Source: a virus
Taxonomy: Duplodnaviria > Caudoviricetes
Virus record (IMG/VR): IMGVR_UViG_3300021431_000111
Location: 13,555 to 77,554 of that record
Reading direction: 5' to 3' (one strand)
Length of the DNA: 64,000 nucleotides
In this document: positions 1-10,679 of the stretch, one piece after another
How positions within the stretch are numbered: position 1 is the first letter of the stretch
Layout: each line of letters begins with the position of its first letter
Notes under the pieces: generated by a model
What the model was told of the DNA's origin: nothing
Databases searched by the model: none
What the model saw: the letters and a program-made list of their open reading frames with translations, nothing else
Made by a program: the position numbers and the translations under genes

Positions 1-1389
1 ACAAAGATAACAAGTAATGATGCTCGCATTGTTTTCCATAACAATAGCGTCATAAAGGTTGTTACAGCATCAGACAGCTCAAGAGGTAACCGTTGTAACG
101 TACTACTTCTAGACGAGTATCGTTTATTGGACAAGAATACTATAGATACAGTCTTAAGAAAGTTCTTGACCCTTAGACGTATGCCTAGATACGAAATGCT
201 ATCAGATAAAGAACGAAACGAAGAATATAGCAAAGAGAAGAACTTAACGCTATATCTTTCTAGTGCATACTTTCAAAATCATTGGTCATTCGATAAATGC
301 GTGGATGCATTTAAGGCAATGATTGATGACAGAAGAAGACAGTTCGTTTGTGGTCTTCCATATCAGTTAATGATCAAAGAAGGCTTACTTGATCCAGAAT
401 TGGTAGAGGATGAGCTCGCAGATAGTGCGTTTAGCGAGATAAAGTGGGCCATGGAAATGGGTGCGGTATTTTGGGGTGCGTCAGATGGCGCATTCTTTGA
501 TTTTGATTCTGTATCCAGAAACAGAAAGATAAAGTATCCATGGCTTCCAGACAAACTCTCATCAAAGGTAAAAGACAATTCGTTCAAGATACCTCCAAAA
601 CAATCTGGAGAGAAAAGAATTCTTTCTGCCGACATCGCTTTAATGTCCAGTAGAAAGAATGACAACGACGCAACTGCGATGTTTATAAATCAATTAATGC
701 CGACTAAAGCAGGAAGGTATATGAGCAATATTGTGTACGCAGATACTTCAGAGGGATTAAGAACGGAAGTCCAGGCACTCCAAATCAGGAAACTGTTTGA
801 TGAGTATGCATGTGATTATTTAGTAATTGACTCCGCCGGATTAGGTCTCGGTGTTGTAGACGCATTAATGAGGGACATCGTAGATCCGGATACGGGAGAA
901 ATATATCCGGCTATTTCGTGTTGCAACAATGCGGAGATGGCGTCAAGGTGCACAGACCCCCGTGCACCGAAAGTGATATGGGCTATAAAAGCGTCAGCTA
1001 ATTTTAATAGCGAGGCAGCTTTTATGTTGCGAGAAGGATTTAGAAGCGGTCGAATTCGATTATTGCAGGATGAGTTTGAGGCAGAAGAGTTTTTAAAAGA
1101 CGTTACGGGTTACGCAAAGCTGAGTCCGTTTGAACAGTCGAAGATTATTTTGCCATACATACAAACTACTCTGCTCATAAACGAACTCGTTAATCTGCAA
1201 CACGAAATAAGCGGAGACAAAATTAAAATATACGAGAAGCACGGAATGCGAAAGGATAGGTACTCTTCTCTTGAGTACAACTATTATGTAGCATTACAGC
1301 TTGAACAACAGTTAAATAAACAGATGGCTAGATCAACAGGCACATCAAATATGTTTGTTGTGAGGCCGCCAAAATATAAAGCGAGATAA
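1..1389 (+). CDS. terL: Terminase large subunit (5'-truncated by window edge)
   Basis: Frame open from base 1 (…SRGNRCNVLLLDEYRLLD, Walker B-like); C-terminal nuclease motifs ILSADIA, LVIDSAG, KDRYSS; first gene of the head module. Confidence 0.9.
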   Translation, partial: TKITSNDARIVFHNNSVIKVVTASDSSRGNRCNVLLLDEYRLLDKNTIDTVLRKFLTLRRMPRYEMLSDKERNEEYSKEKNLTLYLSSAYFQNHWSFDKCVDAFKAMIDDRRRQFVCGLPYQLMIKEGLLDPELVEDELADSAFSEIKWAMEMGAVFWGASDGAFFDFDSVSRNRKIKYPWLPDKLSSKVKDNSFKIPPKQSGEKRILSADIALMSSRKNDNDATAMFINQLMPTKAGRYMSNIVYADTSEGLRTEVQALQIRKLFDEYACDYLVIDSAGLGLGVVDALMRDIVDPDTGEIYPAISCCNNAEMASRCTDPRAPKVIWAIKASANFNSEAAFMLREGFRSGRIRLLQDEFEAEEFLKDVTGYAKLSPFEQSKIILPYIQTTLLINELVNLQHEISGDKIKIYEKHGMRKDRYSSLEYNYYVALQLEQQLNKQMARSTGTSNMFVVRPPKYKAR

Positions 1390-1398
1390 TGAAAGGCG

Positions 1399-2943
1399 GT
1401 GAGGATCACGAGCAAAAAAGATTCAATAACTGTCGGTAACATTCCAGATGTAATGGAAGAGGGAGAAAAGAGAGGATTTAAATCTTGGTTTAATATAACG
1501 CCGAGGTTTGCTCTGTTAAATAGATTAATCAGAAATGATTTGAACAATGCTTCAAGTGCGAACACTCCTAGGTTCTCTCTATACAGCAGAGACGATATTG
1601 TAAAATTTGTTTCAAATCCATATCAGTACCGACAGCAAATTAGAAATGCCATTACGTATATTTACGGCGCAAGTTCTCACTTCGCTCGTATTATCCAGTA
1701 TTTTACAAGTCTGACATATTTGAGATATGTAGTATCTCCATACAAAGTAGACTTGCAGAAAGTTAACAAAAAGACTTTAAGGAATAATTACCACAGAGTA
1801 TTAAACCTTTTGTCTTCAGGAAACTTAGAAACAGAGCTTCGGAAAATAATCAAGCATTGCTTTAAGTACGATACGTTCTACGGAACAATCTGGCAGACGG
1901 CTGATAATTTATCTATCCAGCAATTGCCTGATGATTATTGCGCTATCACAGAAGTCGAAGGAAATGTTTTTAATGTAACTTTTAACTTTAGTTATTTTGA
2001 TACATACCCTGCTAGACTTGATTATTATCCAGAAGAATTCAAATTAAAGTACAGACAGTATAAAGACCAGAAGGGAACGAAACAGAAATGGATTGTGTTA
2101 GATTCACCTTGGTCTTTTGCAGTAAAGTTTAATGATGATATTACAGACTACTCTCTTCCGCCGTTTGCCGGATTACTAAGAGAGATTTACGATTTGGAAG
2201 ATTTCAAGAATCTTAAATTAACCAAGGCTGAGTTAGAAAACTATGCTCTCCTGGTAATGAAGCTTTTAATCGACAGCGAAGGAAATTGGCTAATCGACGA
2301 AAAGAAAGCCTATGAAATCTTTACAAATCTGTCTGCAGTGTTACCAGAAGAAGTCGGTGCGGTAATGACGCCAATGCCAATCGACAAGATCGACTTTCAT
2401 CGCTCTGAAGCAGACGATGCGGATAAGGTATCACAGGCAGAAGAAAATATTTTTACGGCTGCCGGCGTGTCATCGTTAATCTTTAATAACAGTAAAGCCT
2501 CAGCAAACGCCTTGTTGATATCTATTAAGGCGGATCAGGCTCTAACCTTCTCTATTGTTAAAAGTATCGAGAATGTCCTCAATAGATATATTCAGTCTTT
2601 ATCTTATGGAAAGAATTTCAAAATCGAGTTTCTTGATATTTCAATGTACAACGAAAAAGAGATGGCAGATCAATTCTTAAAGGCATGTCAATACGGCGCG
2701 CCATTTATTAGTAGATATTGCGCATCGCTCGGCGTCGGTCAGGATAAACTTGAAAACATGAATTTCTTAGAGACAGAATTATTAGAGTTGCCTACTAAGT
2801 TTATTCCATTAACTAACTCCGCACAAATGAGTTCTTCAGATGTAGAAGAGAAAGAAGCAGGTCGCCCAAGATTAGACGATACAGAGTTGACAGACTCTGG
2901 AGCTCAATCACGTCAAGACGGAGTTGAGGATGGAGATTGGTAA
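1399..2943 (+). CDS. Portal protein
   Basis: 514 aa directly after terminase; C-terminal GRP motif; position and size typical of portals. Confidence 0.8.
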   Translation: MRITSKKDSITVGNIPDVMEEGEKRGFKSWFNITPRFALLNRLIRNDLNNASSANTPRFSLYSRDDIVKFVSNPYQYRQQIRNAITYIYGASSHFARIIQYFTSLTYLRYVVSPYKVDLQKVNKKTLRNNYHRVLNLLSSGNLETELRKIIKHCFKYDTFYGTIWQTADNLSIQQLPDDYCAITEVEGNVFNVTFNFSYFDTYPARLDYYPEEFKLKYRQYKDQKGTKQKWIVLDSPWSFAVKFNDDITDYSLPPFAGLLREIYDLEDFKNLKLTKAELENYALLVMKLLIDSEGNWLIDEKKAYEIFTNLSAVLPEEVGAVMTPMPIDKIDFHRSEADDADKVSQAEENIFTAAGVSSLIFNNSKASANALLISIKADQALTFSIVKSIENVLNRYIQSLSYGKNFKIEFLDISMYNEKEMADQFLKACQYGAPFISRYCASLGVGQDKLENMNFLETELLELPTKFIPLTNSAQMSSSDVEEKEAGRPRLDDTELTDSGAQSRQDGVEDGDW

Positions 2944-2957
2944 AAGGAGATAAAGGA

Positions 2958-3146
2958 ATGTTTGTTTATGTATTTTCAGAACAAGATAAGACAAAGCTTT
3001 TATCTAACGGGTATGCATTATTAAAAGAAGATCCAAAAAATAATTTATATGTGTTTGCACTAGAATTAGAAACTGATGCCTTGGAAGAATTCAGCACTCA
3101 GTTTGATCTCGGAAAATATTGCTTCACAAATGTTCTGACATTTTAA
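2958..3146 (+). CDS. Small hypothetical protein, head module
   Basis: ATG at 2958 after an AAGGA SD; lies between portal and protease genes. Confidence 0.65.
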   Translation: MFVYVFSEQDKTKLLSNGYALLKEDPKNNLYVFALELETDALEEFSTQFDLGKYCFTNVLTF

Positions 3147-3164
3147 TAATTACTGGAGGATCGC

Positions 3165-4739
3165 ATGGGCAAGAAAGTATACTTGACATTCGAAACTTCT
3201 TTAACTGATATATGCGAGATAAATTCATCCTTTGATAAAGGAACATTAAGGGTCTGCTATGCGGGAGAGAATCGAAACAAATCTTTTATTGATAAAGAGG
3301 ATTTGATTCGCTGCGCTAAGACCCTTCCTTATGTTCCTGTCGTCGGAAATTATATCCGTGAGGAGGATGACTTTGGAGGTCATGATATTGAAATCGTGAC
3401 TGACGGAGACGGGCAGCTTCGAATGGTCAATAAGACCCAGCCTGTTGGAGTTGTTCCTGCAGACGCAGAAATCTTTATCGATACGTTTACTGACGACAAT
3501 GGTGAAGAACACGAGTATCTTTATACGACTGTACTGCTCTGGAAGAGACAGGAAGCATATAAAAAAATTAAAGAAGACGGAATCGTATCCCACAGCATGG
3601 AGATCACTGTAAAGAGTGGTGAAATGGTTGATGGATTATATCATATCTATGATTTTGAATTCACAGCGCTTTGCTTACTCGGAGAAAATGTTGAACCATG
3701 TTTTGAGGATAGCGCACTAGAAGTATTTACTACTAGTGATTTTAAAGCTCAGTTTGAACTCATGATGAATGATTTCAAAGAGAGTTTCAATTTAGCCACA
3801 ACCTCAATCGAGGATAATTATTCACAAGATAAAAACCTTGAGAAAGGAGGAGAAGAGGATTTGGAAATGAACAAAGACGTTTTCACCGAAGAGGAAGTAG
3901 TCGAGACTGAATCTACAGACGAAGAGTTTGCGGAAGAGGTTGTTGATGAAGTAATCGAGGAAGTAGTCGAAGAAGCTCCGGAAGAATTCGAAGAAGCAAA
4001 AGAAGATGCTGAAGAAGAACCGGAAGAAGAGGAAGAAGCAACTTCTGAAGAATTCGCTCTGTCAAGACAAATCAACGATGCGTTATGGGAGATCTTATTT
4101 AATACTGATCTCATTCAAGAAGGCGATTATGATTACGCAAGATACTTCTTTGTTGATTCAGACATTGAAAAGGGAATCGTTTATTTCGAGGACAGCGCTG
4201 ATGATTGGAAGCTTTTCGGATGCAACTTCTCGATGGACGGCGATAATGTTGTAGTCGATTTCGAAAGCAAACGCAGAATGAAAATTGTGTTTGAGGAATT
4301 CGATGAAGGTTCTCAGGCTGAAGAGCCGATGAGTATTTTCGCGATTATCCAGAAAGAGACTCAGGATCGTACGGCCGCTACTTATCAAGCTAAGATCGAT
4401 GATTATGAAAGCCAAATCACAGAGCTGCAGGAATTCAAACATACTGTTGAAACAGAAAGCGAAGTAAACGCTAGAAATGAAATCTTTGATAAGTTTGAAG
4501 ACCTGGCTGAGATTGAGGAGTTCAAGAATCTTCGTGACAATATGCTTGATTACGACGTAGCTTCTCTTGAAGAGAAATGCTATGCACTCAGAGGTAGAAA
4601 CATGATTAATCCTACTTCTACAAATTTCTCCATGAACACAAGCATGCCGAAATTCATCGTTGAGTCTAACGGTGTTAAACCACTTGAGGAATCAGATGAA
4701 CCATACGGCGGAATGGTGGAGAAATACTTAGGTAAATAA
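3165..4739 (+). CDS. Prohead protease-scaffold fusion
   Basis: N-terminal protease-like domain (SHSMEI, FTALCLLG…PCFE), very acidic E-rich linker, coiled-coil C-terminus; upstream of capsid genes. Confidence 0.75.
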   Translation: MGKKVYLTFETSLTDICEINSSFDKGTLRVCYAGENRNKSFIDKEDLIRCAKTLPYVPVVGNYIREEDDFGGHDIEIVTDGDGQLRMVNKTQPVGVVPADAEIFIDTFTDDNGEEHEYLYTTVLLWKRQEAYKKIKEDGIVSHSMEITVKSGEMVDGLYHIYDFEFTALCLLGENVEPCFEDSALEVFTTSDFKAQFELMMNDFKESFNLATTSIEDNYSQDKNLEKGGEEDLEMNKDVFTEEEVVETESTDEEFAEEVVDEVIEEVVEEAPEEFEEAKEDAEEEPEEEEEATSEEFALSRQINDALWEILFNTDLIQEGDYDYARYFFVDSDIEKGIVYFEDSADDWKLFGCNFSMDGDNVVVDFESKRRMKIVFEEFDEGSQAEEPMSIFAIIQKETQDRTAATYQAKIDDYESQITELQEFKHTVETESEVNARNEIFDKFEDLAEIEEFKNLRDNMLDYDVASLEEKCYALRGRNMINPTSTNFSMNTSMPKFIVESNGVKPLEESDEPYGGMVEKYLGK

Positions 4740-4793
4740 TTTTTTAATTATTCCATATGATTCATAAAACAATTTAATTTATGAACTATTATC

Positions 4794-4815
4794 GAGAGCT
4801 TATGCTCTCTTTTTT
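4794..4815 (+). terminator. Rho-independent terminator candidate
   Basis: GAGAGC-ttat-GCTCTC followed by a T run. Confidence 0.6.
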
Positions 4816-4850
4816 GATGGAAAATCAATTTTCATAGGAGGAAAACAAAT

Positions 4851-5363
4851 ATGGCTCACGCAGTTGTTCGCACAGATAAAATGTACGGAACTGATGTTAG
4901 AACTGGCATGGTATCTGTGGCAATTACAGAAGATAACGGCATTGACAATGGTTGCGTAGCAATCCTTGGCGATCTCGCAGATAAAGGAACTTATGACAAA
5001 GAGCGCGAAATCTACAGCATCTACAAACCGGCTGCTAATAGCGATTTCGGTAAAGTAGTTCTTATTGCATCTCCTGAAGTTAATGCTAACCCGTTAGAGT
5101 ATGCACTTGATGCATTCTACAACAAAAAAGATTCTATCGCACGCGGATATCGTCTGCATCATGGAGATATCTTCTCCGTTACAGCAGAAGCTCTGGCTGG
5201 TGTTAATGACGATACAGCAGCAGGCGATATTGTTGAATTAAAGGCTGATTACAAACTCAACGTTGTTATGGAAGCAACAAGTGGTTCTACTGTAATCGGC
5301 GTAATCATTGATGTTGAAACCGTTGGCTCTTACAAATACTTCGTTATCGAAGTAACAGCTTAA
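4851..5363 (+). CDS. Head decoration/cement protein
   Basis: 170 aa between scaffold and MCP; strong SD (GGAGG); paralogue at 39079. Confidence 0.7.
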   Translation: MAHAVVRTDKMYGTDVRTGMVSVAITEDNGIDNGCVAILGDLADKGTYDKEREIYSIYKPAANSDFGKVVLIASPEVNANPLEYALDAFYNKKDSIARGYRLHHGDIFSVTAEALAGVNDDTAAGDIVELKADYKLNVVMEATSGSTVIGVIIDVETVGSYKYFVIEVTA

Positions 5364-5381
5364 TTTTGAGAAAGGTGGTAA

Positions 5382-6392
5382 GTGAATATGAACGAATTAG
5401 TAAGACTCGCTCTCGATGCTCATAACGGCACAGTTCAGAAATACTCCGTTAATGAGGCACAGGAAACTCTCCGCCAGGCTCTTATTGAGGCTAACGGCGG
5501 AAGCACAAAACTCGACTACAGAGCATTACGCGATGGCAAATGTACAGGCGTATTCTCTCTCGTTGAGGAAATCCTTAGAAATACTATCCCGCAGGGATTA
5601 GAGCAGAACGAACTGTTCAATGCTCTTGTAGAATATCACAACATCGCTGAAGGCGATGACATGGTATTCCATGTAGATAGCTCCGATCTGTTCTTCGTTG
5701 ATCCGATCGCAAAAGGAACTCAGGGTATCAGACGTCAGAGAATCGCTGACGTTAAAGACGTACCGGTTCCGATGACGGTTCACGGAGTTCGTATTTATGA
5801 AGAGCTCTCCAGAATCCTTGCAGGCCGTGTTGACTTTAACGATCTTATCAACAAAGTTGACCAGTCTGTTCAGAATCAGATTCTGAACGAAGTATATGCT
5901 GCATGGATGGCAGCAACTACAGAACTTGGTGATACTGCATACTACACTGCAACAGCAGGTTCTTACAGCGACGCTGACCTTCTGGCTATGATTCAGCACG
6001 TAGAGGCAGCTGCTGGCGGAAAACAGGCAACTCTTATCGGAACTAAATCAGCTCTTATGCCGCTTGCTACTTCTGGCCTGGCATTCGAGCCGGTACAGAA
6101 TGATCTGTACAATGAGGGATTCATTGGAAGATTCTACGGTGCTCCGACTATCGCTATCCCGCAGCGTCATAAGATTGGCTCTACTGAGTTCGCTTATGAT
6201 AACAAGACGATCACAATCGTTGCAGGCGATGCTAAACCGATTAAATTCGTACAGAAGGGCGATCCGTTGATCATTCCTGTTGATCCGTCCAGCAATATGG
6301 ATCTGACTCAGGAATACTTCCTTGCTGAAGAGTGGGGAACAGCTATCGCTATGGCTGGCAACTCTGGTATCGGTAGATACGAATTTTCATAA
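5382..6392 (+). CDS. Major capsid protein
   Basis: 336 aa, canonical position, size typical of HK97-fold MCP. Confidence 0.85.
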   Translation: MNMNELVRLALDAHNGTVQKYSVNEAQETLRQALIEANGGSTKLDYRALRDGKCTGVFSLVEEILRNTIPQGLEQNELFNALVEYHNIAEGDDMVFHVDSSDLFFVDPIAKGTQGIRRQRIADVKDVPVPMTVHGVRIYEELSRILAGRVDFNDLINKVDQSVQNQILNEVYAAWMAATTELGDTAYYTATAGSYSDADLLAMIQHVEAAAGGKQATLIGTKSALMPLATSGLAFEPVQNDLYNEGFIGRFYGAPTIAIPQRHKIGSTEFAYDNKTITIVAGDAKPIKFVQKGDPLIIPVDPSSNMDLTQEYFLAEEWGTAIAMAGNSGIGRYEFS

Positions 6393-6405
6393 TTAATAAC
6401 TATTC

Positions 6406-6430
6406 AGGGCGGGGCTATATGCCCTGCCCT
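6406..6430 (+). terminator. GC-rich hairpin after MCP
   Basis: AGGGCGGGGC-tatat-GCCCTGCCCT; weak T tail. Confidence 0.45.
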
Positions 6431-6435
6431 CTCGA

Positions 6436-6954
6436 GTGAAAGGAGAAACTATGGCAACTACAAAGGCTAAAGGAAGCACCAAGAAGAAGTACGCAGATAT
6501 TCCAGAAGAGGTCAGCCCGAATGACATTGTAATGGTCAGAAACGGATTCAACGGTAGGCTCGTTTACGTTAGTACAAAGACGGGTGAGAAATATGTATGG
6601 GATTCATTTGGCGATGAAGCAGAAATGGAAGTCAAAGAATTACGTACAGCTAAGAATTCTCAGAAAAACTTTTTTGTTAATAACTGGTTTATGTTCGATG
6701 ATGAATACTCATGGATCATTCCATATCTTGGAGTATCTAAATTATACGATAATGCGATGACGATTGAAAATCTGCAAGGTGTTTTAAAGAAGACGCCTTC
6801 TGAAATCAAGAAAGTTTGCTCGAGTCTTAACGACGCACAGAAAAGGACATTAACCTATATGGTTAAAGAATTATATGCAAACGGAGAGATCGATTCTTTA
6901 AAAACGGTATCAGCATTAGAGTCTGGACTTGGTATTTCTTTATCTGAACGTTAA
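6436..6954 (+). CDS. Hypothetical protein, head module
   Basis: 172-aa ORF after MCP; likely start at the ATG following AAGGAG. Confidence 0.7.
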   Translation: MKGETMATTKAKGSTKKKYADIPEEVSPNDIVMVRNGFNGRLVYVSTKTGEKYVWDSFGDEAEMEVKELRTAKNSQKNFFVNNWFMFDDEYSWIIPYLGVSKLYDNAMTIENLQGVLKKTPSEIKKVCSSLNDAQKRTLTYMVKELYANGEIDSLKTVSALESGLGISLSER

Positions 6955-6968
6955 CAGGAGGCAAGTGA

Positions 6969-7418
6969 ATGAGTGTTCCTTATGATCTGTTTACGGAGGC
7001 CTTCCTATCAAAAATCACCGAATTCGACATATTGCAGTTGGATACTGAAGACCAAACTGCCATCGTTGACGGTTATATGAAAAGAGCATTCAGCAACTTT
7101 ATGCATATTTGTAAATACGACTTCTCGACCACGGGAGACGATGAACTACGAAGTTTCGATATAGAGGTTGATGGCGATGACTTATACGAAATTGTGGATA
7201 TTATCTCGGAGGGCATGGTCGTCCAGTGGCTTAAGCCGTACTTATATAAGCAGACTTTGTTGCGTAATGTTTTAAATACTCGCGATTTTACCGTGTACTC
7301 ACCAGCGGAGTTATTAAAACAGGTAAGGGCTACATATGAGAAATCTCAAAAGGATTATACTCAGATGATGCGCGAGTATAGTTTCAATCACGGCAAGCTT
7401 GGGAGTTATCATATCTAA
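6969..7418 (+). CDS. Putative head-tail adaptor
   Basis: 149 aa, helical, neck-module position. Confidence 0.55.
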   Translation: MSVPYDLFTEAFLSKITEFDILQLDTEDQTAIVDGYMKRAFSNFMHICKYDFSTTGDDELRSFDIEVDGDDLYEIVDIISEGMVVQWLKPYLYKQTLLRNVLNTRDFTVYSPAELLKQVRATYEKSQKDYTQMMREYSFNHGKLGSYHI

Positions 7419-7771
7419 TGATTGCTAGTACGATTGGCGTTTCTTTTGATGAGACTTTGGTCGCTAGGTATTTTAATACGCTGGTTAATAAAATATTTAA
7501 AATACTTCCGATCATCGAAAATCGTGAAGATTCCATCTCAATTTATATGGAAAGTCTCGGCGTTGAACTTATTGGATTTCAAAGCCTACTTCCATCCGTC
7601 GGCGAAGATCCTTCATATCTGTCATTATTATCTATCTATAAATGGTTAGCAGAGAACATTGATGAGTCTGATGAAAAATACAAGGTGATTAGACGCGAAG
7701 TATTCCATGCAATTTCTCTTTGCAAAAAGATGCATAAACAACTTTTGCATTCAGAAGGCGAGGTGGTCTAA
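7418..7771 (+). CDS. Hypothetical neck-module protein
   Basis: TAATG stop/start coupling on both sides. Confidence 0.65.
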   Translation: MIASTIGVSFDETLVARYFNTLVNKIFKILPIIENREDSISIYMESLGVELIGFQSLLPSVGEDPSYLSLLSIYKWLAENIDESDEKYKVIRREVFHAISLCKKMHKQLLHSEGEVV

Positions 7772-8583
7772 TGGCAGGTATTTGGGACACATATAAAGCT
7801 CGAGTAACTGTTAGAGGCGCGTCCGTTAGAGAGGATACACTCGAAAGAGAAAAACTTCGGTTAACATATATGTTGGACGATAGTCTCTCTTATCATAATG
7901 TTTCTGTTTATGAAGACAGTATTATTACGCCGACAGTCGACGAATTTGGAAACGAAACAGACAATGCGGTAAAACAAAACATTGCTATTATTAATTCTGA
8001 TAACTTAAATGAAAAGTACTTCTACTCTCTTCCAAATGAAGACATTGTATTAGGCTCACTTATATTTTGGGCAGACAATTACTGGCTCGTTGTTGAGCGA
8101 GATGCGAATGCTGAAGTATATACGAGAGCAAAAGCAATACAATGTAACTATCTGTTGAGGTGGGTACACCCGTCAGAAAATGGGCCGGAGATAAGAGAAC
8201 AATGGTGCCAGATTGAAGACGGAACGAAGTACATGACTGGTGAGCTTGAGGATAGGCATTTTATTGTAACTCGAGGAGATGCGAGAATTGCTATGACGAT
8301 TGCTCGTAATCAATATACAGTCAAGTTCAATCGTAAAAGTAGATTTCTGGTTGATGATGCAGATGCGGATTATTATCTGTCATTTGATTTATCTAAACCT
8401 CTTAAGGTAGGTCATACGTATAATGGAAAAGGCGTATTTAAGTATGTATTATCAGAATCCAATTCGTCCACATACGACAATATGGATCTAGGCATTGCTG
8501 ATTACTACATGTATTTTCCAGATGAAGCTCAGGGCGACGACAATACCGATGAGCACAATGATGGAAAGAGGGTGTGGTTCTAA
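7771..8583 (+). CDS. Putative head closure protein
   Basis: 270 aa, beta-rich, neck-module position. Confidence 0.5.
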   Translation: MAGIWDTYKARVTVRGASVREDTLEREKLRLTYMLDDSLSYHNVSVYEDSIITPTVDEFGNETDNAVKQNIAIINSDNLNEKYFYSLPNEDIVLGSLIFWADNYWLVVERDANAEVYTRAKAIQCNYLLRWVHPSENGPEIREQWCQIEDGTKYMTGELEDRHFIVTRGDARIAMTIARNQYTVKFNRKSRFLVDDADADYYLSFDLSKPLKVGHTYNGKGVFKYVLSESNSSTYDNMDLGIADYYMYFPDEAQGDDNTDEHNDGKRVWF

Positions 8584-9075
8584 ATGCATTTAGATGAAAT
8601 GTTTCAATATAAAAATCAATTGCTTGAGGAATTATTAACAGACAAAGAGATTGTTCGTTTAATCAATGACAAAGTACAGTTTGAAGACGCACAATCAATG
8701 GTCTGGGATCAAGTAATGCCTGTTGAATTCTATCCAGACACGATGGAATTCGGCAGGGTGTATGTATGTTGCGATGTAGATATTAAAAAAGTTTACAACA
8801 AAACATTCTATGCACCAACATTATACGTTTGGGTCTTTGTACATAAAGACTTGCTTCGTCTTGAAGAAGGTGGTGTCAGGACGGACAAGCTATGTCACTT
8901 AATAGATAAGAAGTTAAACGGTAGTTTTCAATTTGGACTAGGCAAGTTAGAACTTCAATCTGTTAATAGATTCGGCGTTGTGTCTGACTACACGGGAAAA
9001 GTCTTAGCATACGAGGCAACTGATTTTAATAAAGTATTCGATCCTAAGAAGGAAATCCCGTCAAAAAGAAAGTAG
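8584..9075 (+). CDS. Putative tail completion/terminator protein
   Basis: 163 aa upstream of the major tail gene. Confidence 0.5.
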   Translation: MHLDEMFQYKNQLLEELLTDKEIVRLINDKVQFEDAQSMVWDQVMPVEFYPDTMEFGRVYVCCDVDIKKVYNKTFYAPTLYVWVFVHKDLLRLEEGGVRTDKLCHLIDKKLNGSFQFGLGKLELQSVNRFGVVSDYTGKVLAYEATDFNKVFDPKKEIPSKRK

Positions 9076-9082
9076 TCTTTAA

Positions 9083-9793
9083 ATGGAAAGTCTCTTATTT
9101 AAAGACTCCATTCATATCAATGATTTTATTGAAGTAAGAATCCCGACAGTAGAACAAATATTACAGAACGAAGACCAGTATTACGGTATTGTCTCTTCGT
9201 TAGTAGCGACGCCATTCGACATGATGGTTCAGCTAGATGATATAGGAATTGATTTTACAAAGATCGATGACTACGAATTGTTTTTGATTACATTTCAAAC
9301 AATCAGAAGTCAGGACGTTAGTTTAATATTTGGAGATCTCGATCTGTCTGGTTTCGAGCTTGCGATTAATGAAGAAAATCAAACCGTCGTTTTATTAAAT
9401 AAAAATACTGGCGTAATTATTGACAAATCAATTGCGTTTCAGATTGCGCAAGCGCTTCGTAAAATTCACCACCTGGAAAGGAATAGAAAGAAGGCCGCTA
9501 ACGACGAGGCTAGGAAGTTCCTGATTGAACGAGCAAGAGCTAAACTTAAGCGACAACAGCGAAAAGGACATAGCTCACAACTCGAACCACTAATAATCGC
9601 TATGGTTAATACGGAGCAATATAAATATAACTACGAGGAAACCAAGGCGTTATCTATATTTCAGTTTAATGAAAGTGTCGTTCAAATCGTCAAGAAAATC
9701 GATTACATGAATAAGATGCACGGTGTCTACTCCGGCACCGTAAGTGTAAAAGATTTAAAACAAGAGGATTTGAATTGGTTAACACATAAATAA
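9083..9793 (+). CDS. Hypothetical tail-module protein
   Basis: 236-aa ORF in the tail operon. Confidence 0.65.
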   Translation: MESLLFKDSIHINDFIEVRIPTVEQILQNEDQYYGIVSSLVATPFDMMVQLDDIGIDFTKIDDYELFLITFQTIRSQDVSLIFGDLDLSGFELAINEENQTVVLLNKNTGVIIDKSIAFQIAQALRKIHHLERNRKKAANDEARKFLIERARAKLKRQQRKGHSSQLEPLIIAMVNTEQYKYNYEETKALSIFQFNESVVQIVKKIDYMNKMHGVYSGTVSVKDLKQEDLNWLTHK

Positions 9794-9812
9794 AAACAGG
9801 AGGAAAACAAAC

Positions 9813-10610
9813 ATGGTCAATTTAGCTGATCTTACAATCACGAGTTTAGAGACGATCACAGCTTTTGATATTACCACAGGCGCATTCAAATTCATCCTTG
9901 ATGAATTACAGTCCGCTACAATTGCTCAGTCTCAGGACGAGACAGAGATCACTGGTAAACAGGGCCGTAGACTGGCAACGTTGAAGAGAAACAAATCCAT
10001 CACCATCTCTGGTACTAACGGTCTTGTTTCCGCTGGTTTACTTGAGCTTCAGACCGGATCTGAATTCGAGAATAAAGCTACCAACGTTATGTGGAATGAT
10101 TATCTTCCAGTAAACAGCAACGAGGCTACAACTTCTTGGAAGGCTGTAGGTACTGCTGGTTCTGAAATCGTAGAGCTGTTTGTAAAGAACACAGACGGAA
10201 CTCTTGGAACAGAATTTAAGCAGGGTGCGACCGCTGGAGAAGGAACATTCGCATATGATCCGGCAACAAAGAAAATCACATTTGCTGCAGGAGCAGTTGC
10301 TGATGGTTCCGAAATCTATGTTGCTTACAAGAGAAAGATTACTGCTGAAGTTATGAACAACGTCAGCGATAAATACTCTTCCAAGTGCCAGCTGTACATT
10401 GACGCAATCGCAGAAGATAGATGCGCTAATGTATACAGAGTACAGATTTATGTACCGAAGGCTGACTTTAACGGAGAGTTCTCTCTTGAGATGGGTGACA
10501 ACCAGACAGTTCATGAGTTCGAGGCTGTATCCCTGGCAGGCGCTTGCGGTGGAGCTGCAACTCTGTTTACGTATACAATCTTCGGTGCAAACGAAGAAGA
10601 CGCTGCGTAA
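9813..10610 (+). CDS. Major tail (tube) protein
   Basis: 265 aa, strong SD, Thr/Gly-rich beta protein, followed by a hairpin. Confidence 0.75.
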   Translation: MVNLADLTITSLETITAFDITTGAFKFILDELQSATIAQSQDETEITGKQGRRLATLKRNKSITISGTNGLVSAGLLELQTGSEFENKATNVMWNDYLPVNSNEATTSWKAVGTAGSEIVELFVKNTDGTLGTEFKQGATAGEGTFAYDPATKKITFAAGAVADGSEIYVAYKRKITAEVMNNVSDKYSSKCQLYIDAIAEDRCANVYRVQIYVPKADFNGEFSLEMGDNQTVHEFEAVSLAGACGGAATLFTYTIFGANEEDAA

Positions 10611-10626
10611 TTATACTAAAACACAT

Positions 10627-10654
10627 CGAGGTGTCCTCATTCTGGGGACACCTC
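10627..10654 (+). terminator. Hairpin after major tail gene
   Basis: GAGGTGTCC…GGACACCTC inverted repeat. Confidence 0.5.
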
Positions 10655-10679
10655 AATTATATTAAAGGAGGCGAGCTTA

